Shown here: in pieces, positions 1 through 12,107 of the stretch
How the letters are laid out: each line of letters begins with the position of its first letter
How positions within the stretch are numbered: position 1 is the first letter of the stretch
NCBI GenBank assembly: GCA_038087875.1
Contig: CM075996.1
Span: 5,644,001 to 5,708,000, forward strand
Length of the DNA stretch: 64,000 bases
DNA from: Malacoraja senta
Taxonomy: Eukaryota
Direction: 5' to 3'
The notes under the pieces: generated by a model
Databases searched by the model: none
What the model was told of the DNA's origin: nothing
Seen by the model: only the letters and a program-made list of their open reading frames with translations
Program-made: the position numbers and the translations under genes

Positions 1-177
1 TCAGTGTGGACAAGTTGGGCCGAAGGGCCTGTTTCCACACTGCATGACTATGAATCTATCTGTCTAAGTGTCTTTGAAATGCTGTTATAATACTTGCCTC
101 CACTGATATTGGACTTCAATGCTTGGTGACCAATTCCTCCTGCTTCTACAACCACCTGTTTTGTTTTCTTTCCGCAG

Positions 178-242
178 ACTCGCGAGTTCTTTCAGTTCTG
201 GCCTGGTGCGGTAGCTTCCGAGGATGCGAGCTCCTGCCCAGA
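178..242 (+). CDS. TEAD2: TEAD2-like exon (TREFFQFWPGAVASEDASSCP-D)
   Basis: Polypyrimidine-CAG acceptor and GTAGGT donor. FQFW matches human TEAD2 ASELFQFWSGG. Phase fits the next exon. Confidence 0.8.
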
Positions 243-923
243 GTAGGTACAGATGCACAGGAGGACAGGGGTGCACAGCGCCACACACACAATGCTCTTT
301 TTTTTTATAAACTCCAGCTCAATACTCACACTCTTTAAATGTGTAAGGAGGAACTGCAGATGCTGGTTTAAACCGAAGATAGGCACAAAAAAGCTGGAGT
401 AACTCAGCGGGACAGGCAGCGTCTCCGGAGAGAAGGAATGGGTGACGTTTCGGGTGACCCGAAACGTCACCCATTCCTTCTCTCCGGAGACGCTGCCTGT
501 CCCGCTGGGTTGCTCCAGCTTTTTTGTGTCTATCTTCGCACAGTTTAAGCTTGGTGGCCACACTGGGGTACAGTCTGCAACTAGTCTTTTCTGGATGTGT
601 TCCCTATTGTTATAGAGTCGGAGAGAGAAACAGCATGGACACAGACCATTCGGCCCATCAAGTCCGCCACCGAGGGGAAACGATTTAATAGGAATCCGAA
701 GGGGAACTTTTTCGCACAGAGGGTGGTGGGCGTATGGAACAATCTGCCGGAGTTGGGGCTGGGACTATCCCAACATTTATGAAACAATTAGACTGGTACA
801 TGGATAGGACAGGTTTGGAGGGATATGGGGCAACTGCAGGAAGGTGGGATAGTATATCTTGGACATGTTGGGCTGAAGGGCCTGTTTCCAGGCTGTATGA
901 CTATGAATATATTTTCCTTGCAG

Positions 924-976
924 CATGAAACCCTTCATCCAACAGTCCTTTAATCTTCACCACACTGCTATCTCAG
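924..976 (+). CDS. TEAD2: TEAD2-like exon (MKPFIQQSFNLHHTAIS-G)
   Basis: ttgcag acceptor and gtaag donor. Carries the TEAD D(V/M)KPF motif; phase 2 to 1. Confidence 0.85.
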
Positions 977-1292
977 GTAAGAAAGATCTTTATATATCTG
1001 GAGACTTGTTCTTAGGCCCCCCCTTCGGCCGTGGCTGACCATGGGTGTCTCCAGGGTGCTATTCCCTATATGGAGGACGCCTGTGCGTGACTTTGTTTAA
1101 CGTGGGGGAGACTGGTGCACAGACAGCCACCACCCACGGTCCTTGACGGATCTGGGTCAGGATCCAGTGGCATGGAGTCCTGGCACAGGAATTGTACGGT
1201 GATCCTGTGAACTGAGTTGGCACTGCCATGTTGGACAATTGCATTGTGCCAGCCATCATCAGTGGCCATTTGGATCTGCATGTGTGTGAAAA

Positions 1293-1815
1293 AATTTGAG
1301 GAAGGACATTCTTGCTATAGAGGGAGTGCAGCGTAGGTTAATTCCCGGGATGGCGGGACTGTCGTATGCTGAGAGAATGGAGTACAGCTGGGCTTGTACA
1401 CTCTGGAGTTTAGAAGGATGAGAGGGAATCTCATTGAAACGTATAAGATTGTTAAGGGTTTGGACACGCTAGAGGCAGGAAACATGTTCCCGATGTTGGG
1501 GGAGTCCAGAACCAGGGGCCACAGTTTAAGAATAAGGAGTAAGCCATTTAGAACGGAGACAAGGAGACACTTTTTCTCACAGAGAGTAGTGAGTCTGTGG
1601 AATTCTCTGCCTCAGAGGGCAGTCGAGGCCGGTTCTTTGGATGTTTTCAAGAGAGAGCTAGATAGGGCTCTTAAAAATAGGGGGAGTCGGGGGATATGGG
1701 GAGAAGGCAGGAACGGGGTACTGATTGGGGATGATCAGCCATGATCACATTGAATGGCGGTGCTGGCTCGAAGGGCCGAATGGCCTACTCCTGCACCTAT
1801 TGTCTATTGTCCATT
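1293..1815 (+). mobile_element. CR1 LINE 3' fragment
   Basis: LEFRRMRG...RTRGH...LWNSLP, 3'UTR and ctattgt tail. Confidence 0.9.
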
Positions 1816-1974
1816 GTGCAGGGGTAGGTTGGCGCTGATGTGGGGCAGACCTAGACTGATGTTGTCGTGCAGTAAGGTTGGCAACAATATTTTGCAGTGA
1901 TCCTTGGTCAACATGGTTAGGTTGGCACTGGGTATTCCTCCTGTAAATGGTGGTGAGATAGCCCTGGCTACTAC

Positions 1975-2243
1975 AGCACGGTGGTGCAGCGGTAGAGTTG
2001 CTGCCTCACAGCGCCAGAGATCCGGGTTCCATCCTGACCGCGGCTGCTGTGTCTGTACGGAGTTTGTACCTTCTCCCCGTGACCTCGTGGGTTTTCTCCA
2101 GGTGTGCCCGTTTCCTCCCACACTCCAAAGAGTGTAGGTTTATTGTCCTCTGTAAAATTGTCCCCAGTGCGTGTAGGATGGAACTAGTGAAAGGGGTGAT
2201 CGCTGGTCGGCGAGGCCTCGGTGGGCCGATGGGGCCTGTTTCA
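1975..2243 (+). mobile_element. tRNA-derived V-SINE (HE1-like); representative of many copies in the window
   Basis: A/B-box head ggtggtgcagcggtagagttgctgcctcacagc...gggttc, V-domain, CR1-like tail. Other copies near 11590-11870, 14493-14790 and 34370-34580. Confidence 0.8.
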
Positions 2244-2244
2244 G

Positions 2245-2705
2245 TCAAGTCAAGTCAAGTCAAGTTTATTCGTCACATACGCATACGAGATGTGCAGTGA
2301 AATGGATGTGCAGTGAAATGAAAAGTGGCAATGCTCGCGGATTGTGCAAAAAACTACAAACAGAATGGAACAGAATCACATATTCACATATTATATATTT
2401 GAGGGAGGAAAAAAAAGAAAAACCAGCAATTGAAAAAAGACACAACACAACAGTAGAATGGTTCAGTAAAGTTAGTCCCTGGAGAGATAGGAGTTTACAG
2501 TCCTAATGGCCTCTGGGAAGAAACTCCTTCTCATCCTCTCCGTTTTCACAGCATGGCAACGGAGGCGTTTGCCTGACCGTAGCAACTGGAACAGTCTGTT
2601 GCTGGGGTGGAAGGGGTCCCCCATGATCTTGTTGGCTCTGGATTTGCACCTTCTGATGTATAGTTCCTGCAGGGGGGCGAGTGTAGTTCCCATAGTGCGT
2701 TCGGC
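2245..2705 (-). mobile_element. Rex1/Babar LINE 3' fragment
   Basis: KIMGDPFHPS..LFQLLRSGKR...SFFPEAIR and (CTTGA)n tail. Confidence 0.8.
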
Positions 2706-2868
2706 CGTATCTCTAAACTAAACTAAACACTGGCAGTGTGTGCAGTCCATGTGAACAGTGTTAGGTTGGAGCTGGAAATATGCGGTGATCCTGTACATGG
2801 TGTTCATATATCATTGACCCTACACTGCAGTGTACAGTCTAGCACCACCATGTTGCTGAACAGAGTTA

Positions 2869-3414
2869 AGCCCCTGTCCCACTTAGGCGTTTTTTTAGGC
2901 GACTACAGGCGACTAGGCTGTCGCCACATGGTCGCGGGGTGACGCCTGTATGGTCGTGAGTCGTCTCCTCAAGTCGCCCAAAAGAGTCGTAGCGTTTTTC
3001 TGGTCATTGCTGGATTTTGAAATGTTCAAAACAAGACAGTGGGCTTGGCGCCAATGAGCGTAGCTTGACTTCTCCTGACGTAGGTGCTGTCGTAGGTTGT
3101 CGCCAGGTTAACGTAGGTTGTCGCCTGTGCTGTCTTCGGTGAATTCCATTGGCGACTACCTACGTCAACCGGCGACTGAGTTGTCTTACCTTGTCGTGGC
3201 TTGTCACGGGTGGGCGTAGGTTGCCGTAAGTGTGGTCGCAGGTGGACGTCCTAATGGGTCGCCGTTGGTCGGTAGCTTTCCGTAGCTTGACGTCAACTAG
3301 GCGGTAGGTTGTTGTAGACATTGTCGAAGGGGGGGGGGTCCAGTCGCCGGTTGTTCGGCGACCTGCTACGACTATGACAGTGGCCGAAAAAATCGCCTAA
3401 GTGGGACAGGCCCA
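2869..3414. mobile_element. PIF/Harbinger-type MITE
   Basis: TIRs CCTGTCCCACTTAGGCG / CGCCTAAGTGGGACAGG with TTA target duplication. Confidence 0.85.
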
Positions 3415-4269
3415 TTAGACTTTAGACTTTAGAGATACAGAACGAAACAGGCGACCGGGACACCCGGAGAAAACCTACGCAGGTCACGGGGAGAACGTAC
3501 AAGCTCCGTACAGACAGCGCCCGTAATCTGAATCGATCCCGGGTCTCTGGCGCTGTGAGGCAGCAACTCTACCGCTGCGCCACCGTGCCGCCCAGTTATG
3601 TTGGCAGTGCAATTGTGGTGATCTTGGCGGATGATGCTACTGGAGTTGTGTTCAGTGTGTTTAGATATTGAGTGAGGCAGATTAAAGACCCCCCATTTCA
3701 ACTGGCTGTGATTGCTCTCATCATGAGTAACGTAAGATGAAGTTCTCACCCAGCAAAGACTGAGTGGCTGCAGGAGGTTGGTGTCGTTTTCCCAAGCACT
3801 GTCTGCAACAGGTTATGTGTGAAAAGAAAACAAACTGCTGACGCTGGTTTAATTTGGGGAAGGACATCCTTGTGATTGGGGCAGTGCAGCATAGGTTCAC
3901 GAGATTGATCCCTGGGATGGCGGGACTGTCATATGAGGAAAGATTGAAAAGACTAGGTACACAAAAATGCTGGAGAAACTCAGCGGGTGCAGCAGCATCT
4001 ATGGAGCGAAGGAAATAGGCAACGTTTCGGGCTGAAACCCTTCTTCAGACTGATAGGGGGTGGGGGGGCGGGGAGAAGAAAGGAAACTGACTCCGGAGAG
4101 AGGAGGAGAATTTCTTCAAAGTAGGCATACCTTGAGGAGATTTCGCAGTGGAGTAGACAAAGTGTTTCCGTTGCCTATTTCCTTCGCTGCATAGATGCTG
4201 CCGCACCCGCTGAGTTTCTCCAGCATTTTTGTGTACCTTCGATTTTCCAGCATCTGCAGTTCCTTCTTG

Positions 4270-4700
4270 AAAAGACTAGGCTTGTGTTCACTGGAGTTTA
4301 GAAGGATGAGGGGGGATCTTATAGAAACATATAAAATTATAAAAGGACTGGACAAGCTAGATGCAGGAAAAATGTTCCCAATGTTGGGCGAGTCCAGAAC
4401 CAGGGGCCACAGTCTTAGAATAAAGGGGAGGCCATTTAAGACTGAGGTGAGAAAAAACTTCTTCACCCAGAGAGTTGTGAATTTGTGGAATTCCCTGCCA
4501 CAGAGGGCAGTGGAGGCCAAATCACTGGATGGATTTAAGAGAGAGTTAGATAGAACTCTAGGCGCTAGTGGAGTCAAGGGATATGGGGAGAAGGCAGGCA
4601 CAGGTTATTGATTTGGGACGATCAGCCATGATCACAATGAATGGCGGTGCAGGCTCGAAGGGCTGAATGGCCTCCTCTGGCACCTAGTTTCTATGTTTCT
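4270..4700 (+). mobile_element. CR1 LINE 3' fragment
   Basis: Same ORF2 C-terminus and 3'UTR. Confidence 0.9.
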
Positions 4701-4920
4701 ATAGACGCAAGGGGCCGGAGTAACTCAGCGGGTCAGGCAGCATTTCTGCAGGACATGGATAGGTAACGTTCTTGACCCGAAACGTCACCTCTCTATGTTC
4801 TCCAGGGGTGGTTCTGCCTGACCCGCTGAGTTCCTCCAGCACTGTGTGTGCATCCTCTGCAGCAGGATAGTCATTGTTGGCGTGGATGGACATTCGTTGA
4901 GCTGTGGTCCTCCCATCCAG

Positions 4921-5054
4921 GTTACCACGAGGCCTCCCTCGGCCACTCGCCAGCCGGCTCCCACCCGCCGTGGCAGGGCCGGTGTATCGGGACTCCGAAG
5001 ATCCGCCTCGTCGAATTCTCGGCGTTTGCAGAACACCAGCGGGATCCAGCAACT
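4921..5054 (+). CDS. TEAD2: TEAD exon, start of YAP-binding domain (PPWQGRCIGTPKIRLVEFSAF)
   Basis: ccag acceptor and gtgagt donor. WQGR..GT.K.RLVEFSAF is a TEAD hallmark. Confidence 0.95.
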
Positions 5055-6495
5055 GTGAGTGCGCCAGAGGCAGACACAAAAAAGCTGCAGCCACTCAGCG
5101 GGTCAGGCAGGCTGCGTCTCTGGAGAGAAGGAATGGGTGACGTTTCGGGTCGAGACCCTTCGACAGGTCACCCGTTCCTTCTCTCCAGAGATGCTGCCTG
5201 TCCCGCTGAGTTGCTCCAGCTTTTTGTGTCTCTCTTTGGTTTAAACCAGCATCTGCCGTTCCTTCCTACACAGTGTGAGTGGGCCATGTGGGGATCAACC
5301 AAGTATAGACATCAGTGTGACGTTTCCGGTCGAGACCCTCCTTCCTGGTCGACCCCAGGCCCGGATCACCAACACCGCCTCTCTGGTGCCACTGCCGACC
5401 TTTGCCGCTTCCCCTCCCGTCCGCTGACCGGGGCTACCGAAGCTTTGGCCGCTGACCCGTACCATAATCTAGCCCCCCTCCCACCCGCAGGCCTACACCA
5501 GCGACTCCGCCAACACTCGCCTCCCCACCCCTCACTCACCTCTCCCGTAACTGCCCGCTGTAAGTCTGAAGAAGGGTCTCGACCCAAAACGTCACCCATC
5601 CCTTCTCTCCAGAGATGCTGCCTGTCCCGCTGAGTTACTCCAGCATTTTGTGTCTATCTTTGGTTTAAACCAGCATCTGCAATTCCTTCCTACGCACTCA
5701 ATAAACTATGCCTATGACTGAGATTGGTTTTGCTCTGTCCACACTCCCCCCATTTTTAGGTGCCCAGATACAAACACGTCCCGTACATGAAACCCGTGAT
5801 GGTGGGTGTTTAAAAAAAAAATGTTAACAATTTATTTTAGAGATACAGCGTGGAATCTGACCCTTTGTCCCACTGAGTCCGCGCCGACCTGTGATCACCC
5901 CGTACGCTATCGTACAACACTAGGGACAATTTACAGAAGGCAATTAATAGACAATAGTCAATAGGTGCAGGAGTAGGCCATTTGGCCCTTCGAGCCAGCA
6001 CCGCCATTCAATGTGATCATGGCTGATCATCCCCAATCAGTACCCCGTTCCTGCCTTCTCCCCATAACCCATGACTCCACTATTTTTAAGAGCCCTATCT
6101 CGCTCTCTCTTGAAAGTATCCAGAGAACCGGCCTCCACCGCCCTCCGAGGCAGAGAATTCCACAGACTCACCACTCTCGGTGAGAAAAAGTGTTTCCTCG
6201 TCTCCGTTCTAAATGGCTTACCCCTTATTCTTAAACTGTGTGTGGCCCCTGGTTCTGGACTCCCCCAACATCGGGAACATGTTTCCTGCCTCCAGTGTGT
6301 CCAACCCTGACTACAAACCTGCACGTCTTTGGAGTGTGGGAGAAAACCGGAGCAAACCCTTGTGGTCACAGGGGGAATGTACAAACTCCGTACAGACAGC
6401 ACCCATGGTCAGGATCGAACCCGGGGTCTCCGGCGCTGTGAGGCAGCAACTCTACCGGCGTGCCGCTCTAATCTTGCTCTGATCTTCTCTTGCAG

Positions 6496-6669
6496 TATAA
6501 CAAACACCTCTTTGTCCACATCGGCCAGTCGTCTCCTTCTTACGGTGAGACACTTCTTGAATCAGTCGACATTCGCCAAATCTACGATAAATTTCCAGAG
6601 AAGAAGGGAGGCTTGAAGGAGCTGTTTGAGAAAGGGACACCAAACACCTTCTTCTTGGTCAAGTTCTGG
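6496..6669 (+). CDS. TEAD2: TEAD exon ([10 protein letters not shown]...FFLVKFW)
   Basis: 174-nt AG/GT-bounded exon with conserved YAP-binding domain sequence. Confidence 0.97.
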
Positions 6670-7797
6670 GTCGGTATGATTGATCCTGCCCACCTATCTG
6701 TCCTGTGTGTGAATCTGTGGCTCTTCCTAGACAATCAGTATAAGATGGCTAAAATAGCGGGACGTAACTCAGCGGGTCGGGCAACATCTCTGGAGAACAT
6801 AGATCGGTGACGTCTGAAGAAGGGTCTCGACTAGAAACGTCACCCATTCCTTCCCTCTAGAGATGCTGCCTGTCCCGCTGAGTTACTCCAGCTTTTTGTG
6901 TCTGTCTGTGGACAGGTGACATTTCAGGTTGGGGCCCTTCTTCAGACATTTGTGTAAACCATTATCTGCAGTTCCATGTATCCGCAAAGTAGAATTCTAG
7001 AGCCATACAGCTTGGAAACAGGCCCTTCGGCCCAACTTGCCCATGCTGACCAAGATGCTCCCTCTACACTAGTCCCGCCAGCCCATGTTTGGCCCATTTG
7101 CCTCTAAACTGTCTGTACGAAGTTTGTACCTTCTCCCTGTGACCTTGAGGGTTTTCTCCGGGTGCTCCGGTTTCCTCCCACACTCCAAAGACGTGCAGGT
7201 TTGCAGGTTGATTGGCTTCTGTCAAATTATAAATTGTCCCGAGTGTGTAGGATAGTGTTAGTGAATGGGGGATCACTGGTCGGCGCGGACTCAGTGGGCC
7301 GAATGGCCTGTTTCCACGCCATGTCTCAAAAGGCTACAGCCCAAACTGGGAAACAGAGGAGGTGGTTTGGAAAGAAGGGAGCGTGTGAGAGGACAGGAGA
7401 GAGAGAGAGAGAGAAAGGAGCAGAGGGACACAAAAAGCTGGACTAACTCAGCGGGTCAGGCAGCATCTCTGGAGAAAAGGAATAGGTGACGTGTCGGGTC
7501 GAGACCCTTCTTCAGACTGAGAGTCAGGGGAGAGAGAAACGAGAGATATAGACGGTGATGTAGAGAGATATAGAACAAATGAATGAACGATATGTAAAAA
7601 AGTAGCGATGATAATGAGAACAGGCCATTGTTCGCTGTGTACTGGGTGAGAACAGGGTACAGACAATGAGACTCAACAAGACGACTTGGGTGGGGGAGGG
7701 ACGGAGAGGGGGAGGATGCAAGGGTTATTGAAGTTAAATAAATCAATATTCATACCACTGGGTTACAGTAAGCATCTGCAGTTCCTTCCTACACAGG

Positions 7798-8437
7798 AAA
7801 CATAGAAACACAGAAAATAGGTGCAGGAGGAGGCCATTCGGCCCTTCGAGCCAGCACCGCCATTCATTGTGATCATGGCTGATCGTCCCCAATCAATAAC
7901 CCTTGCCTGCCTTCTCCCCATATCCCTTGACTCCACTAGCCCCTAGAGCTCTATCTAACTCTCTCTTAAATCCATCCAGTGACTTGGCCTCCACTGCCCT
8001 CTGTGGCAGGGAATTCCATAAATTCACAACTCTCTGGGTGAAAGGGTTTTTCTCACCTCAGTTTTAAATGACCTCCCCTTTATTCTAAGACTGTGGCCCC
8101 TGGTTCTGGACTCGCCCAACATTGGGAACATTTTTCCTGCATCTAGCTTGTCCAGTCCATTTATAATTTTATATGTTTCTATAAGATACCCCCTCATCCT
8201 TCTAAACTCCAGTGAATACAAGCCTAGTCTTTTCAATCTTTCCTCATATGACAGTCCCGCCATCCCAGGGATCAATCTCGTGAACCTACGCTGCACTGCC
8301 TCAATCACAAGGATGTCCTTCCTCAAATTAGGAGACCAAAACTGTACACAATACTCCAGATGTGGTCTCACCAGAGCCCTATACAACTGCAGAAGAACGT
8401 CTTTACTCCTATACTGAAACCCTCTTGTTATGAAGGC
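7798..8437 (-). mobile_element. CR1 LINE 3' fragment
   Basis: LVRPHLEYCVQFWSP motif and 3'UTR. Confidence 0.9.
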
Positions 8438-8673
8438 TGGTTGTGGAACAGAGGGATGGATGTAGGTTACCCAACAGTGGAGGCTGGGTTGTACACAACC
8501 TAGGTGGGATTTGAGATGCAGTTCATAGTTATATTCCACAGAGTCTGTGGAATGGGCTGATCGGACGGACAAAGGCGACCTCTCCGACAGGCAGAGGTGG
8601 GGATCGCCGGGCTGTGTGTGTGTTTTGAGTTCAAGGCCCTTCCACCTCGAATGTTTGTTCCTTTGTCTTGCAG

Positions 8674-8814
8674 GCTGACCTCAGTCTTGATATTCGGGAT
8701 GGGGCTGGTATGTTCTACGGGGTGACCAGCCAGTATGAAGGCATTGAAAACATGACCATCACCTGCTCCTCCAAGGTCTGCTCCTTTGGGAAACAAGTTG
8801 TGGAGAAGGTCGAA
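8674..8814 (+). CDS. TEAD2: TEAD exon (ADLSL...[12 protein letters not shown])
   Basis: 141-nt AG/GT-bounded exon, conserved sequence. Confidence 0.97.
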
Positions 8815-9744
8815 GTAAGTTCCTATTTTCGTACCTTGCCCCCACTCCTGGTCCAACATGGCCTAGTCCAGTTTCTTGCCACCTGTACCGAAGAGCTTTT
8901 GTTGCGTGCTAACCAGTCAGCGGAAGGACAACGCATGATTACGAGGCAACGCGAAGTGTAGGTGGAGTCAATGGGTGGGAAGTCTAGTGTAGAAACAGAA
9001 AATAGGTGCCGGAGTAGGCCATTCGGCCCAGCACCCCCATTCAATATGATCATGGCTGATCATCCAAATTCAGTACTCCATTCCAGCTTTTTCCCCATAT
9101 CCCTTGATTCCGTTAGCCTTAAGAGTTAAATCTAACTCTCTCTTGAAAACATCCAGTGAATTGGCCTCCACTGCCTTCTGTGGCAGAGAATTCCACAGAT
9201 TCTCAACTCTCCGGGTGAAAACGTTTTTCCTCATCTCAATCCTAAATTACCTCAGTCCTAAATGGCCTACCCCTTATTCTTAAACTGTGACCCCCTAGTT
9301 CTGGACTTCCCCCAACATCGGGAATTTTTTTCCTGCATCTCGCCTGGCCACTCCCTTAAGACTTATATATTACATCAGTGTGATAGATCTACTCTCTGCG
9401 AGTTCTTGGTCAGAGCCGTCCGCATGCCGAGCGATTATTACCTGTTCAGTGTTTTTTAGTTTTAGAGATACAGCGCGGAAACAGGCCCTTCGGCCCACCG
9501 AGTCCGCATCGACCAGCGATCCCCGCACACTAACACTATCCGACACACATACATCTACGCCAAGCCGATTAACCTCCACACCCAAACGTCTTTGGAGTGC
9601 GGGAGGAAACCAACGATCGCGGGGTATAACCCACGCAGGTCACGGGGAGAACGTGCAGGCAAGCGCCCGTAGTCGGGATCGAACCCGGGTCCCTGGCGCT
9701 GCGCCACCGTGTTGAAGATTGCCTCTCCCTTGCCCCCTCTGCAG

Positions 9745-9897
9745 ACAGAGTACGCCCGGTTTGAGAACGGTCGCTTTGCCTACCGCATCCAGAGCTCCCC
9801 CATGTGCGAGTACCTGGTCAACTTCATCCACAAGCTCAAGCAACTGCCGGAGAAATACATGATGAACAGCGTGCTGGAGAACTTCACTATTCTGCAG
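9745..9897 (+). CDS. TEAD2: TEAD exon (TEYARFE...[10 protein letters not shown]...FTILQ)
   Basis: 153-nt exon containing the PMCEY palmitoylation cysteine. YLVNF is TEAD2-type. Confidence 0.97.
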
Positions 9898-10916
9898 GTA
9901 CAGTCGTGGACAAAGAATGACACTGGATTAAAATGGAAAGATTCCATTCTCAGCCATGCATGATCCATGCACGGGTGGTTGCTGCAATGTCACCTGCAAA
10001 ATCTTAGATACACATAGACAATAGGTGCAGGAATAGGCCATTCGGCCCTTCGAGCCAGCACCGCCATTCAATGTGATCATGGCTGATCATCCACAATCAG
10101 TACCCCGTTCCTGCCTTCTCCCCAAATCCCCTTTATTCTGCTAGCCCGAAGAGCTATACCTAACTCTCTTTTGAGAGTTCACACTTCACACTTATTATTA
10201 GTCTTAAGTAAGTTCATAAGTGATAGGAGCAGAATTAGGCCATTCGGCCCATCAAGTCTACTCCGCCATTCAATCATGGCTGATCTATCTCTCCCTCCTA
10301 ACCCCATTCTCCTGCCTTCTCCCCATAACCTCTGACACCTGTACCAATCAAGAATCTATCTATCTCTGCCTTAAAAATATCCATTGCTTGGCCTCCACAT
10401 TAGCCTTCTGTGGCAAAGAATTCCATTGAAATATTCCAATGAAATATATATTTGTTATTAAAAGTTTATCAGATAATAGAAGCGATTGTCTAGAAATCAA
10501 ATTACCAAGTCATTGGGTATTTTTAAAGCGGAGAGTGACAGGTTCTTGATTAATAGGTTTGACAACATTTAAGAAATTGTTTTAGTCAGAGGGTGGTGAA
10601 TCTGTGGAATTAACTGCCACAGAAGGCTGTGGAGGCCTAGTCAATGGATATTTCGAAGGTGGAGATAGATAGATTCTTGACCAGTGAGGGGGTGTTGGGG
10701 GTTATGGGGAGAAGGCAGGAGAATGGGGTTAGGAGGGAGTGGTAGATCAGCCATGATTGAAATGTGCAATAGACGGGCTGAATGGCCTAATTCTGTTGTG
10801 TGACATGAACTTTTGAACTTACCATCTTTTCTTTTGCTGCATGCTAACAAAATGTAGTACTTTGTCAAATGCAAGAGATTTGATGCAATTTGAGTGATCG
10901 AATGCTAGGAGTCTAA

Positions 10917-11133
10917 AGGGCCTGTCCCACTTTCACAACCTAATTCACGACCTCTGCCGAGTTTGCCCTTGACTCATACTCGCAGCATGGTCGTCACGAG
11001 ATCGTGACAGGTTGTGATGCTAGTCGTAGGTACTCGTGGCATCAAGTAGGTCGGGGCGTTTTTTTAGCCTGATGAAAAATGTCCACGAGTAAAAAAAGGT
11101 CGTGAATTAGGTCGTGAAAGTGGGACAGGTCCT
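10917..11133. mobile_element. PIF/Harbinger-type MITE
   Basis: 36-bp TIRs with 2 mismatches; TAA target duplication. Confidence 0.88.
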
Positions 11134-11993
11134 TAAGTCCTCCCTTATTGCATCCTGTTGCAAACGTATCACTGTACATTAGTGCAATCTTAGTTAAGTA
11201 CAAGTGTGTAGGAATAATACACTGAGGCAGTATACAAGAGTCGCCATGTGTTGGACCCATTTTACAAGATTCAAGACTGAACATTTTTATGAATGTAGGG
11301 TTCTTGACTTGGGCCAGAGAGGTGTCCTGGCTGTGTTGCAGGGTCGGCCTGGCCAAGCGCAGCTGTTTGTGTCCTCCACCACACTGTGGCGCTGCAGGGG
11401 TCTCTGATCCATGAGCTCGGCCACTTGGAGCGGCTCCCGATCCAACTGAGCCCCAGGCTGCTGTGAGGCCTCCAGTGGCCCACTCCACCCACTCCCAGAA
11501 TCCCACTCGGAGTTTCCACCGACGGCTTCTCGGAGCACAGACCTAAGCTGTCCAACCCACTAGTTTAGTTTAGTTTTAGTTTAGTTTAATTTCGTTTAGA
11601 GATACAGCCCTTCGGCCCACCGTGTCCGCGCCGACCAGCGATCACCCCGTACACTAGCACTATCCTACACACACTAGGGACAACTTACAATTTTACCGAA
11701 GCCAATTAACCTGCAAACCTACACGTATTTGGAGTGTGTGAGGAAACCGGAGCACCCGGAGAAAACCCACGCGGTCACGGGGAGAACGTACAAACTCCCG
11801 TAGTCAGGATGGAACCCGTGTCTCTGGCGCTGTGAGGCAGCAACTCTACCGCTGCGTCATCGTGCCGCCATTAAATCTTCCTCCCCCTCAGTTGTTGATC
11901 CCACAAGTGAATTATCTCCAAGCCTTGCTCTCTGCCTCTCTGCCTCCTGTGTTGATTTGAATAACTACCCTGGCTTTCTCTGCTCTTTTCCAG

Positions 11994-12107
11994 GTGGTAA
12001 CCAACAGAGACACGCAGGAACTACTCTTGTGTGTTGCCTACGTCTTTGAGGTCTCAACGAGTCAACACGGAGCCCAGCACCACATCTACAGACTCGTGAA
12101 AGACTAG
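11994..12107 (+). CDS. TEAD2: TEAD last coding exon ([37 protein letters not shown])
   Basis: CAG acceptor and TAG stop, with AATAAA at 12252-12257. QELLLC is TEAD2-type. Confidence 0.97.
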   Translation: MVTNRDTQELLLCVAYVFEVSTSQHGAQHHIYRLVKD

